Origin: Thalia democratica
Taxonomy: Eukaryota
NCBI GenBank assembly: GCA_965202585.1
Contig: OZ241833.1
Coordinates: 26,412,001-26,476,000, forward strand
Length of the DNA stretch: 64,000 bases
Direction of reading: 5' to 3'
Position numbers and translations under genes: made by a program. Below the pieces are notes generated by a model. The model was given only the letters and a program-made list of their open reading frames with translations, ran no database searches and was not told where the DNA came from. The number at the start of each line of letters is the position of its first letter. Position 1 is the stretch's first letter. Shown here in pieces: positions 49,501-61,500 of this stretch.

Positions 49501-52500
49501 CAATTTAAAAATCTAATTTTAATTCGAAGCCCATAAATAATTAATTCGCTCACAACTGCTTTAAAAGTTTAAGTGAGTTTACCAAGCGTCACTTATCATA
49601 AAAATTGGCTTAACATCATTTCTTTACAAAACTTAATTCGTTTAAATTTGTGAACGTTACACTTCGTATGCTGCAGCGGCCAAAGGCAACAGCAGAACAA
49701 AAAATACCACAAAAGTTTTTTTTGTGTTTTAAATGTGCGGATTTAAGCTATTTAATGTTATAGAATTACCAAGCAGGACAGACGACATTTTGTACGATTT
49801 ATTAGGCCGAGACGACGTTTCGGTTTTCTTATTATTGTTGTAAATAACAAACATGCTTGTTATGATCATACATGTGTTATGAAACTCAAGCAGATTATAG
49901 TAATTAGTATACTAAAAGCATCAAAATTATGTATATCTAATTGATTTAAGAATTTTCCACTCATATATTACAAGGCGTACAAACAAAAACTTTTTATAAA
50001 AACATTACTGCGTGACTGATGCCTGGTTTTGTAAGCTGTTCATTACAAAACAAAGATAAATCTTTTAATTACAAAGATTAACTACTAAAAGTTTCGAACA
50101 CAACAAATGACTTGTTTAAATTTGAACACAAGCTTTTATTGAACTATAAAAAGAGCATTTATTTTGGTTTTAATTTGCATTTTAATATAAAATTATTTCC
50201 GGATTATTATTAAGAAGCAAAGATTAAAAATTATTTATGCCCGCAAGTACAGTACAAAGTGAGCACACTTGAGATTTTTGTAAATCCTGTCAGTGCATAC
50301 ACTCATTGAATTTAAAAAACCAAAAACGTGATTTATTCACGTACTTTGAAAGATGCAAGTTGTTTTTTTTCCGACCATTCGACAATAAACTTTAAGCTTG
50401 AAACTTCACAAACGAGTTTTTAATTTCAAAGTTTGTTTTAAATGCTAATCGGATTGCAACATGAGACATTTCACAATAGAATTATTTTGCAACCTTTTTC
50501 AGCGTTTTTTATGATGGCACATTTAAAAAAAGGATTATATTACAAAAATAAGTTTTGGTATAAAAGCATGCGATGCTTTGTAATTTGTCTTTATTTTTCA
50601 CAAAGAAAATTTCAAAACAAAAAAAAAATAGCGCACTACTTACTACTTTTTAGTAAATTAATATTAAAGTATTTTTTAAATTTAGTAATAAAATGAGCGC
50701 AATTTCTAAAAATCGTAAAAACAACTGACTTAAATAAAATAAAACAACAAATGTTTTTGATGAAAAGTTGTAATGAAAAGACCAAATTATTTTCGATACG
50801 GTTGGTGAACGTGTAAGGCAAAGTATCAAGCACTTGAAAGTTTTTATTGGATTTTATAGGTTAACACTCTAGAACTAAAATTTATGATATGTCTGGAAAA
50901 TACTAATTACATAATCATTAAAACATAATACAATTAATAAAGATATTAAAAATATTATTTAAATAATCGATCCGCAAGAAGCTGAAAAAATTCTTTCAAG
51001 AAGTATGTGTATATATTTTTTTAATTCAAAAACTTTATATAGCTCCCTAAATTATGCAGAAAAAAGTGTTATGCTCTTTACTACCACCAAGTGGTTAAAA
51101 TCTTTTAACAAAAACTAAAATATGGAAAAGGCACGGTAGACAGTAAGAGTATAAATTGTTTAAACAATCATAAAGATTTTTTGTGTCGAAAGAAAACAAA
51201 CGTTAAGTGAAATATCAAGATTAAATTAAATATTTAATGTTAAACTTTGAACTTACTAACCAAATTATAAACATAATCAAATTATATATTCTGTTGACAA
51301 CTTAATTGTTCCTAAAAACTATAATTAAAAAACTTATTAGTCAAGAAGAGCATATTTAAAATCTAAAATAAAACCACCACCTTATATATTTAAAACTTAG
51401 TTGTAAATGTTCTTATTTATACAAAAAGTAGTATAATGTTTTACGAAATAAACTTTGCGTATAAACGAAAAATATATTTACTTATGTATCTGTAACTTAG
51501 ACAACAAAAACATCCAAAAAAAACGATGTTAAAGTAATGCATATGAACATTTGTCAAAAGTAATCAAATGCTAATTAGTTTAAGAATCGTAGAAAAATCA
51601 TTACAAGGTAAAATGTTTTTTTTTTCATTAAATAAACAAAAAATCAATAAACTTATATTTGTTGATTAATACTTAGTAATTAAACTACATTTTATTAATT
51701 ACGTTTATTATATATATAAAGTTCGAAATCTAATTATAGTTCTTCTTTTCAACATTATTTCATTATAAAAAATTTTGAAACACTCACAATTAAAAGTACT
51801 TTGTTCAACAAATTATATACATCAGGGGTCGGCAAACTGCGGCCCGCGGGCCAAATGCGGCCCGCGAAGGGTAAATCTGCGGCCCGCGAGCACGTTATTT
51901 TTTTAAATGGAATGCGGCCCGCGAGAGAAATTTCTGCGGCCCGCGAGCTACTAAATGTGGCCCGCTGAGCAAAAATAAATTTTCGTAAACTTTTTTTTCG
52001 GGAATTTGGTTTAGATTGATTGATATCGTTTTAAGTCCCTAAATAACATTTTAAAACAACTAAAAGACTTTATTACATACTTTAACTTGAAAATGTTAAA
52101 AAGACAGATTAGCATTTGACAAGTGATCTTATATCAGTTTCACAATAACTTTCTTATTGCATCTGTAAATTATTAGCTGAAAAACGAAGTGCTTGGATGC
52201 AGTAGGTTATTTATATATCATTTAGTTAGTTATTTATATAACAAATTAAACGCAAATGCTTTCTATGTAATGCACACTAATTAACTAAAATTTCATTCTG
52301 TATAGTTCAGGTATTTTGTTTAACATGTAATTAGTACCTACATTTTTTAGAAATGTTTTATCACAGTAATTTATATTTAAGTGTGCACAAAAACATTTAA
52401 AATAGCATAATAATAAATAGGTTTATTTTATTTTCCATTTAATACATACTAAATTTTAGAAGGATTGTGTGCAATTTAAATTAATTACTATACACACCAA

Positions 52501-55500
52501 TGTACACAGATGTTTTGAACCATTTTTTAAACCTTTATTTTTAAATACTTAAGTTAGATTAAGTGAAGTTTAATCATATGTATAATTTTTTTTTTCTACT
52601 TGAAAATCTTAGTGTTTACAAACACTTTTAAAACAGTATATATGCAGAAATAAAAATTTACTTGTTATTTAAATTGGTATGTATACAGTTTCATTTTTCA
52701 AACAAAAGTTTTTGGTAGATCGAATTTATTTCTTTGCTTTCCACCCTTATATATATGCTATTTTTTGTAATTACGTATTTAAGATATATTATATTTAGTG
52801 ATGGTAAAATTAATAAATTTAAAAGTTGTTAATCAAAATAGTTCAAATTCAATTAATTAAGCAACTTAACTTTGCCACAATATTGGACTAAGTTAGTCAT
52901 TGAATACTTTTCAAATTTCAGGCTAATTTAGACATTTTTTTAGTATTTAGCTTGAATTGCTTTTTTTGTTCTAAAATTTAAATCTAAGTTATCAGGCTAG
53001 TTTTTGGCACTTATTCAAAACTTTTTGCTTTGAAGAGTGTCAAACAAACTTATGATTTATGTTATGTTATATTCACAGTTATGGTTATGATTATAATATA
53101 TTTTATGTTTTAAGTCTTGCAGCTGCTATACTTTGAAATATTATTTATATTAATTTATAAGTGTGAAAAATTAATGTTGACGTAATACCTTGAATTTGAC
53201 AATTTGGGTACAAAAACCTGGAAATTGAGATTAAAAAAAAAAGAGTTTTAAATGTCTTTTTTTTAAGCTACAGATGCAGATATGAACAATATAATTTTTT
53301 CGTATGCGATTCAAATGATCCTTCTTCATTAATTTAATTATTAATTCTTTGCCATTTTTTGCGTTGTTTCATAACTTGTGATACAACTTAATTTACAAAA
53401 AAAAAAAAACAACTTCAATCAAGCTATTGCACGCAGAAAACTTTGATTGTAAATGTGCGTTAGACTTTAACTTAATTTTTTGTGTAAGTTTTTTAGAATC
53501 TAAATTTAATTTATAACTAAAAATTGTAGAAAAAAAATTGTCTGATAAGTTTTAATTGCATCTATAAAGTCAAAATATGTTATTAGTTTACTGTTTCAAA
53601 GATTGTGTAAATTTTTATAGTTGTTTTCGTTTATCTGAAACTCCAAAAGTTTTGACTTTGTTTCAAGTGTCATTATATGGCACCACATTTCATAGATAAC
53701 TTGTTTTTTTGTAGTACCAAGTTATGTTGCTAAGACAAATGTTTTAAAATGTTTTCAATTCAAACGGTATCTCCTTTTTATTAATTACTTTTGCTACTTT
53801 ATAAATGCCTTGAAAACTTGTTCTGATAAGTCTGTAGTTACTAAAGATAATCATGCGCTTTGTTAAAACTGATGTAAGCATTTTTTCGTTTCTTGCAATA
53901 ACTCCTAACCAACGTTTTTATATTTTTATAGTTCGTCTTATATTTCACATTTACTATTTTTAAATTCAAAATTTTTATTGCGATTAACATTTGTTATAAT
54001 GCTAAAAAAAAAAACTTCTTTTTATTAATGGGTTAATAAATTTTAATTTTTTCGTTATAAATATTTAAAAAACTTGAATATACATTCAAGCTGACTTATA
54101 ACATTTATTTTTTTTTTTGTTTATATTTAATTCACTGTTAATAAACTTCGTTTTTTTTTGTAAACTTTGTTATAAACAGGGTTGCAAAAAAATGCCTAGT
54201 TTTGAATTTTGTGTACTCAGACTAAATTAAACCTGTTTAAGACATTGTTGAAAACTCAGGTCTGTGTGAAATTTATTTTTCAAGTACTTTTAGTAAATCT
54301 GTCAATACTCATAATAGTTTTATTACTGTAGTGTAGTTTATTTATTGTAATATATTCTAGGCTACGTACATATTTTGTACATGTATTTTCATTTTATGAA
54401 ATGATAATATTTTAGTTAATTATTTAAGCTTGATTAACAGCAATTTTTAAGCTTTTTTAACTTTTAGTAAACTTAGACTGGTTTTATATAACTCAAAAAT
54501 TTTTGCTGTTAAAGTGACAACTATGTAAAAGACTAGTTAATTAGTAATACAGTATTTGAGCAATAATTATGTAAAAAAAATGTTTTAGGTTTCTTCAGTA
54601 CAAATAGGTTTTATTTTTATGTAAACTAATTTCTGAATTTTTAAAAGAGTGCAAATTTTTCAAAACTTAAAATTTATTTTCAATAGTTAACAATTTTTTT
54701 TATAAAAAATTAGTTGATAACATAAAAAAAATGTATAAAAGTCACTCATAAAGTAATTCAAGCTTGGTTTTATTTTAAAGTTAAGTAAATATTAAGTTAA
54801 ACTATTAACTGGAAAAAGTAGTACATAGTTTATTAAGAATTAAGTATATTAGTTAATGTAAATGTAAATCCTTTTTTTAATAAATAGTCTATGTAAAAGT
54901 AAATCCAAATAATAAACTTAATAAAAGTTAACTAAAAGTGTGACTAAAACTAAAACCAGAAGGTTGTTTAAATGTAACTAAAACTAAAACTGCGGCCCGC
55001 GAAGTTTTTTGAAACTTGAAATTTGGCCCGCGAGCACTAACTGCCTGCCGACCCCTGATATACATTATATCAATGACGTAGAAAACTTAAGTATGTATGA
55101 AATTGTATTGAAAATATTGAAGGACAATTAAAGTGTTTAATTTGAAAACCTTTCACAAACCAACTTAAGCTTTTAGTTCAAAAATTAGATTCAGAAATAT
55201 TAAGAACTTTGTAACAATTTGAGGAAAATTAAATGTTTATAAAAAATACCATTAGTTAAAATTTTATATCTGCTAGTGCTAAAACTTTTTTAGTAACAAC
55301 TTTAATTAAACTGTTTAATGTGAGACTTTTTACTAGAAGCTTAAAAGCTTTGAATAATAATAAGATACAAATATAAACTATACTATTAAGAAAATAAACG
55401 TCTAATGAACATCTGAAAACTATTTAGATATCAAAGCACAATCTGAGAAAAATCCTGAATGTATATATTAGTAGCAAAATTGTAAAGGTCAAGATTTTTT

Positions 55501-58500
55501 AAATAACTTGTTATAGTTCAAAAAAACTAACATCAGATAAAATTTAACCACGAGAGAGCGCAAAAGAGAAATACCAACCAGAAGTGCACGTAAGTTATGC
55601 AATATTACATCGTTTTAATTACAAACACATCTTGACCTTTGATTAATCATAATTAAATTACCTAAATCCGATGCGATATTAAGTACACGATCATAACAGA
55701 TTAAAAAAATACGTATCTCTCATTCACTGACTAAACAAAGGAGGTCTAATTGTGTTCAACTTCAAAAGCAAAGTTCAAAAATTACTAGACTTTAAACATA
55801 CCTTAAACCACTTAACTTTACAATAAAACGTATTTTGTTCAATGAACCAACTCAAAGACGTAAAACTTACACCACTGCGTCAACAAATGAGTAATAAAAC
55901 TTTACCATCCACCTACGAACAATTCAGAAGCGCGCACACCAATCGCGAGTATATAATCAACGGGTCACGTGTCATTTGTCTCCGTCACGCCCGAGCGCGT
56001 CCGACTTCCACACCTTGAAATGTGCGTGGGCGGCGGGCCGTGACGAAAAAACTTGAGGTTCGCCGTTCAACTTGACAAACGAAAAGAAAATTCCAAATTG
56101 CCAACCAACATATCTCGGTGGATGCGAGCGCGCAAGCAGCGGATTGATCATTGCTATTTATATCCCGCGTACCGCGCCGCGCCCCTCGCATACACACACG
56201 TTAAATTGTCTGCTGCTTGTGTATTTGCGAGCTGGTAAACACCAAAGTATGTTAATTGAAAGGCTTTCATCCTCGAGGCTGGCTGTGAAAGCGTGCGCGT
56301 GTTTCGTGCGTTCAGATCAGATGGATTTTTCAAATTGCACATTGTCTGTTGTCTTTAAAATAAAAAGAGGCTTTTCATTCACACAGATATGTTGTTGAAA
56401 AACTCACTCGAATGTTAATGGTATGTAAAAAGTATAGAAAATTTGAGCTGTTTTTCAGAGGATTATATCTGTTACAATACGTGCTTTTGTTGGATGACAC
56501 CTTCAAAACTATTTACAACTTTACAGCCCCATTGTTTTCTAAGTTGTTGTCGTCGAATACCAGCAGTAAAGTTACATAAACTTTTACTGCTCGGTTTTAC
56601 ATTTCCTGCAAACAAATCAAACACAAACTAAATCAAGCTGAATACAGCGCGGAATAAAACAGCGATTTGAATGGAGAAGTCTTGGGCCGAGCTGAAGTAG
56701 CGCCATTGAAAGCTCTTCAAACGACACGGCAACTTTTGTGCTCGCACATGAAAACTTGTTAGTGCGAACCGGAAAATTATCAATGTTTTGTTTGAAACTT
56801 TTCATGAAATTGTGCTCAAAATTTTATTTTAATTGTAAAAACTTTTCAAAACTTTATTTCTTGTAAAGTTATTTTATAAACAAAAAACCGCAAGCATTAA
56901 AAATACTACGAGAGTTCTCAATTACTTTTGTTTTACATAAAAACTTTCAAATACCAATCGTGACTTGATTTGAATGTCACAACATAAACTTGTGTATAAA
57001 CTCATGGAAGCAATATAACATACTTCGATGTTTTCAATTGAACAAGTAGCAGCCATCCCGTCGCACGAACATTACATGACAAGCGGCTGACCTCCACCCC
57101 CACATTTCTTATGAAAGTCTGAAAAGCATGACAATGAAACTGCACGCCCTAAATCAAAACACCAGCGTTGACCAGAAATGAAAAAAAAAAAAAGTTGCGG
57201 AAAGGAAAATACCAAAAAAGTTTTGTGTTTACCATTTTTGCGGCGGTCTTAAACAAACACAGAATATTTTTTGGGGTGAATTATGAAGCGAGCCGCTTCC
57301 CGCCTCGAGCAAATCGTCGTGTTTGCTGGAACACGGGAAATTTGAATGGAAAAGCCCGAAAAATGTTCGAGCGCGCAAGGAACAGGCATTAAATTGATAT
57401 TTTTAACGAAAAATATCAAGCGTCGTCGCGCCAAATATCAAACAGTGTCGCGCTGAATGCCAACGCTGTTTCGACACAAACACGCGGAGTTTTAAGTATC
57501 GCGAAAAAAGTATTGCGAAAACAACAACAAGTCTAAAAATAAAAGTTCAGTCATCAGAAACCGTGCGCACGAAACCAAGACAAGCATTACACTGTGCTGT
57601 ACCAAGAAGGAAAGAGAATTAAAACCACAATCGAATTCCAAGTCTGAGGAAAATTTCGAGCGCAAAAACCATGACACTGTGTGTTTGCCGAATTAAAAAT
57701 AAATATTTTGACGTCTTTCCGCACAAAAGGAACCAATTTATTACTTTTCGAGCACGGAATTTAAAGGCGAGCGGTTTTGACAGAACATTAATTTTTTTCA
57801 ATGGGACGGCACGGCATTTTCAATGAACATTTACTTTTACAAGCACGGCGAGGTATGAAAATTTAATAACCTAATCATTGCCTCACAATAATGTATTGGC
57901 GCAATTCAAGGGAATGGCAGCTTGAGCGAAAATTTAAAAGTGCGTGAAAACGCAACAACAAGGCCGTTTTTGTTTTACTCAAACGCTTCGGCATGCGGCG
58001 GCAGAAACCAAACTGTAAACTTCAACCTAATTGAGTTAAACACATTTGGTAATTATAATACCTTTAATTCAATAAAGCCAGCTAATTAACGTGAGCGCTC
58101 AGTTGCTTTGTCATACAGCGCTGCGCAAGATTGATCACTTATCTCATTCTTTTTTTGTTAATGACACAAAACTTTTCTTTATCGCATAAAATCCACGAGG
58201 CAAAAAAGAAGTTATACTCAGTGAAGCGCGATTGAAATTATACCGCTGGCATTCCAACGAATGAAAAGGCAATGAAGTATTCCAATGGCCCGGAGCAACG
58301 TTCTCATCGTAAACAATTCAGGTTTTGTACACAGCTCGCGCACACAGAGAGGTTTTCGTTTTAAATACTCTTACGTGTATGCTACAAGTTTGTAGCAAGT
58401 TTGCGCTCTCGTAAACAACGCTCGGAGTTTTTGTTCCAATTAATTCGCAGATTGAAAACCAGCTTTTAGAGTTTGTTCTCATTAAATAATCATTAGACGT

Positions 58501-61500
58501 GTGTGTGTGTGTGGAAAGCGTGGTGTTGCAGGAATTTTCAAAACAAGCGAGGCTTTGTGTTTTTTTCACAGCACTTTCTTAACGTAATTAAGTACAACTT
58601 AAATAAAAACTTACAAACAAAAAGTTTCAATCCTTCAATTTTTTCTAAATTAAGTTTTCTACTCTTTTGGCTGTTTTTGTATATAAATAAACAATGTGTA
58701 AGAAATTATTAGTTTTTTTACTTGTTTTCTCGTTTGAATTTTGCAAAATTTCTTTTTTCAAACAATCTTTGATTAAGAACTTTGATCATAAGCAACATTT
58801 ACCCATAATTTAATTTTTCATAACCTTAGCAACATAATTCAAAAATTTAATACCACTTTATAAAATAATAAACAAGCGACAGAGTAAATGCAAACACAGT
58901 TTAATAGCTGTGATAATTTAGACAATTTTTCAATTCAACTTTGGCACCCGTTTCTTGTGAGTGTCGCCGGCTTAGGGCCGCAGACTCATACATATATAAT
59001 CTATTCAAACATAAGACTAAGCAAATTGTTTCAGACAGTAGTGGCAGGTCATTAAATTCAGTTCATGTTCGTGTAATGTTCAAAATTTAACAGGTTTTGT
59101 TAAGTATATCACACTTTATAGATTAAAAAACAAACATAACTATTAATAGTATTAATATATGTTGATATAAATAATTTTTTAATTTCTACTCGATAGCTTT
59201 AATTCATATTAAAACTATGAAACAGTAAATAAAACAAATAAAGTTTAAATAGTAGTTATCTTAAATTCGAAACTCGACATAATGTATTTTTGTTTAGTAG
59301 AATAGTAGAGATTAAGTTATTTGCAGGATAAGTGTGCAAACACTATTTTCATTATTTGAGTTTACTTGCAGTTTGAACAACAAAGATTACCTTAAACAAT
59401 CAAGAGTTTTCATTAAATAATATAATACTTAAGCTTAGATAATTGTAAAAACTTTAAATGTATTTACTTTAAGTTCTTTAAACTAAATATAATCTTAGTT
59501 TATAAAAAAGTTATTTAAGCGAACAAAAATATCTTGAGTTAAGATTGTTTTTTTCAATATATTAAGAAAAAGCTCTTAAAATATTAAGTAATTCTTAGTG
59601 TATGTTTTCAGTTCTTAAAAGCTCATTTCTATCTTTGTTTCATAATTATTAGATAAGCATGCTAAAAAATTTGAGGAAGTTTATCTTTACATTAGGCTGT
59701 TACTTTGGGTTTCAGGAAGAAAAGTATATAAACACGATTTTTATACAATGAGTAGGATTAATCAAGCCTAAAAATTACTAAAACTAGCTTTTGAAATAAA
59801 ATTTAAAAATAAATTAATTAATACATTAGAAAATGAGATAATGGCAATTATAATTACTCTTTTAAACGTTCGAACAAGCCTGCAAACTTTAAAAGATCAG
59901 CAAAATCAAAACATGATACGTAGCTTTCGCAATGTTCTAACCAGATCAGCACATTTGATCAACTGCATTTTATCATTAGCAAAATCAGTGACACATGTTG
60001 AAAACATTGTGAACCTAGGCAGAAACGTTGTAATGTTATGCAAACTTAACTTTGGTATGTTAAAAGAAGGATAACTGATGGAAAATAATCGGATTAAGGC
60101 AACACAATTGCTGGTGTTTTGACAAGTATTTTTGTTCGTTACAAGCACCCGGTTTTTTGTTATTCTTATAAGAATAAAAACTGGTCAAAAACTGTAAAAG
60201 TCAAACTTTTTGATCCGGAAGAACTTAAGTTTTGGCACAACTTAATTTATTTTTATTTTGCAGCAGTTAAAACAAAATTCAAAAAAAAAAAACATTTCAA
60301 TTAACTACTATTTCTTGTTACATACACTTAAACAAGCTTCTTAAGAATTGTAAATAATCATTCAAGACTGATACAAAAGACCTTCAACGTGTAACAAGCG
60401 TAGAACTTAACCAAAACCGCTTTGTCCATTCCAAATTTGACAGCCGAACAAACGGCGAGATTTAGATAAGGATGAGAAATTGCGCAAAAGTTCAAAAATT
60501 CTATGAAACCGAAAGAAATGCTCGAGCAAATTACCTGACATGTTGGTGAACTACAAAGGCGCGCTGTGCAAACAAGAACATGCGAAAAGAGACTTTCTGT
60601 GCAAACAACCCCCATCGGCCGAAAGTCGTTCAAGTAGTTTTGTGAGTTTAGCGGCCATTCGACCGCGGTGCTGCTGCTACTACTGCTGCTACCATTTAGC
60701 AACACCAAGGAGAGATTTTAATTCAAGGTGCGTTGTTGGAAACATTTTTTAATGAATAATTAATCGCGGTTCAACGCGGGATTTTGTCGAATTTCCTTGC
60801 TCAAGATGTCACACTTCCCAACTTGCGTCACACTTTTTAATTTCGGTGTTATGAAAACATCAATTATGCATTGAAATAATACACGCATATGCTTGCACAA
60901 CGTTCATGTTAAAAATTACATCGCTTTTCAACAAAACCACGCGTTTGATGTAAATTTTCTTGCGTCTGGCACAATTGACAATAAACAGACTTTCGGCATA
61001 AGTTGAAATTCTCACAGGCCTCGGCTCAAACTAGCATGCACGAAATAAACAATTTTGATAAAAAGTTGCATGATTAAAGCAATTACACCAAACGTCGTCT
61101 GAAACGGGCTCTGAATAATTCAAATTAACTTTGCAGCTATTAAAAATTATTTTTCAGGCGCAACACTGTCTTCGCTTGCTTTAAATATTAATAAGTGAAC
61201 CGAAAAGAGGACAACTTCGTGATGAATAATTAAATTTAAACATGCAAGATTTTTGTCCAGATAAAACTAAAGCTTTGAACTCTTTAAAGGCTTTCTAACA
61301 AACATGTTTCAAAGCTAAAACAATCAAAAAAATGAAACTGATAGAATTCAAAAGAGATCATGTTTGTGCGATCAAAGGCAAACATAACACTCATTCACGC
61401 ACTGGTTATATTAATGACGCTGAAGCACTTAAATTACTTAACTTCAGTTGTTAGTAATATGCTGAGCTTATAACAATTAAAAACACATTTATAACCAATT

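Noticed and set aside
44966-60752. Numerous 60-110 aa ORFs in the large mbnl intron
   Set aside because: No recognisable domains, mostly non-ATG starts, and explained by locally higher GC.
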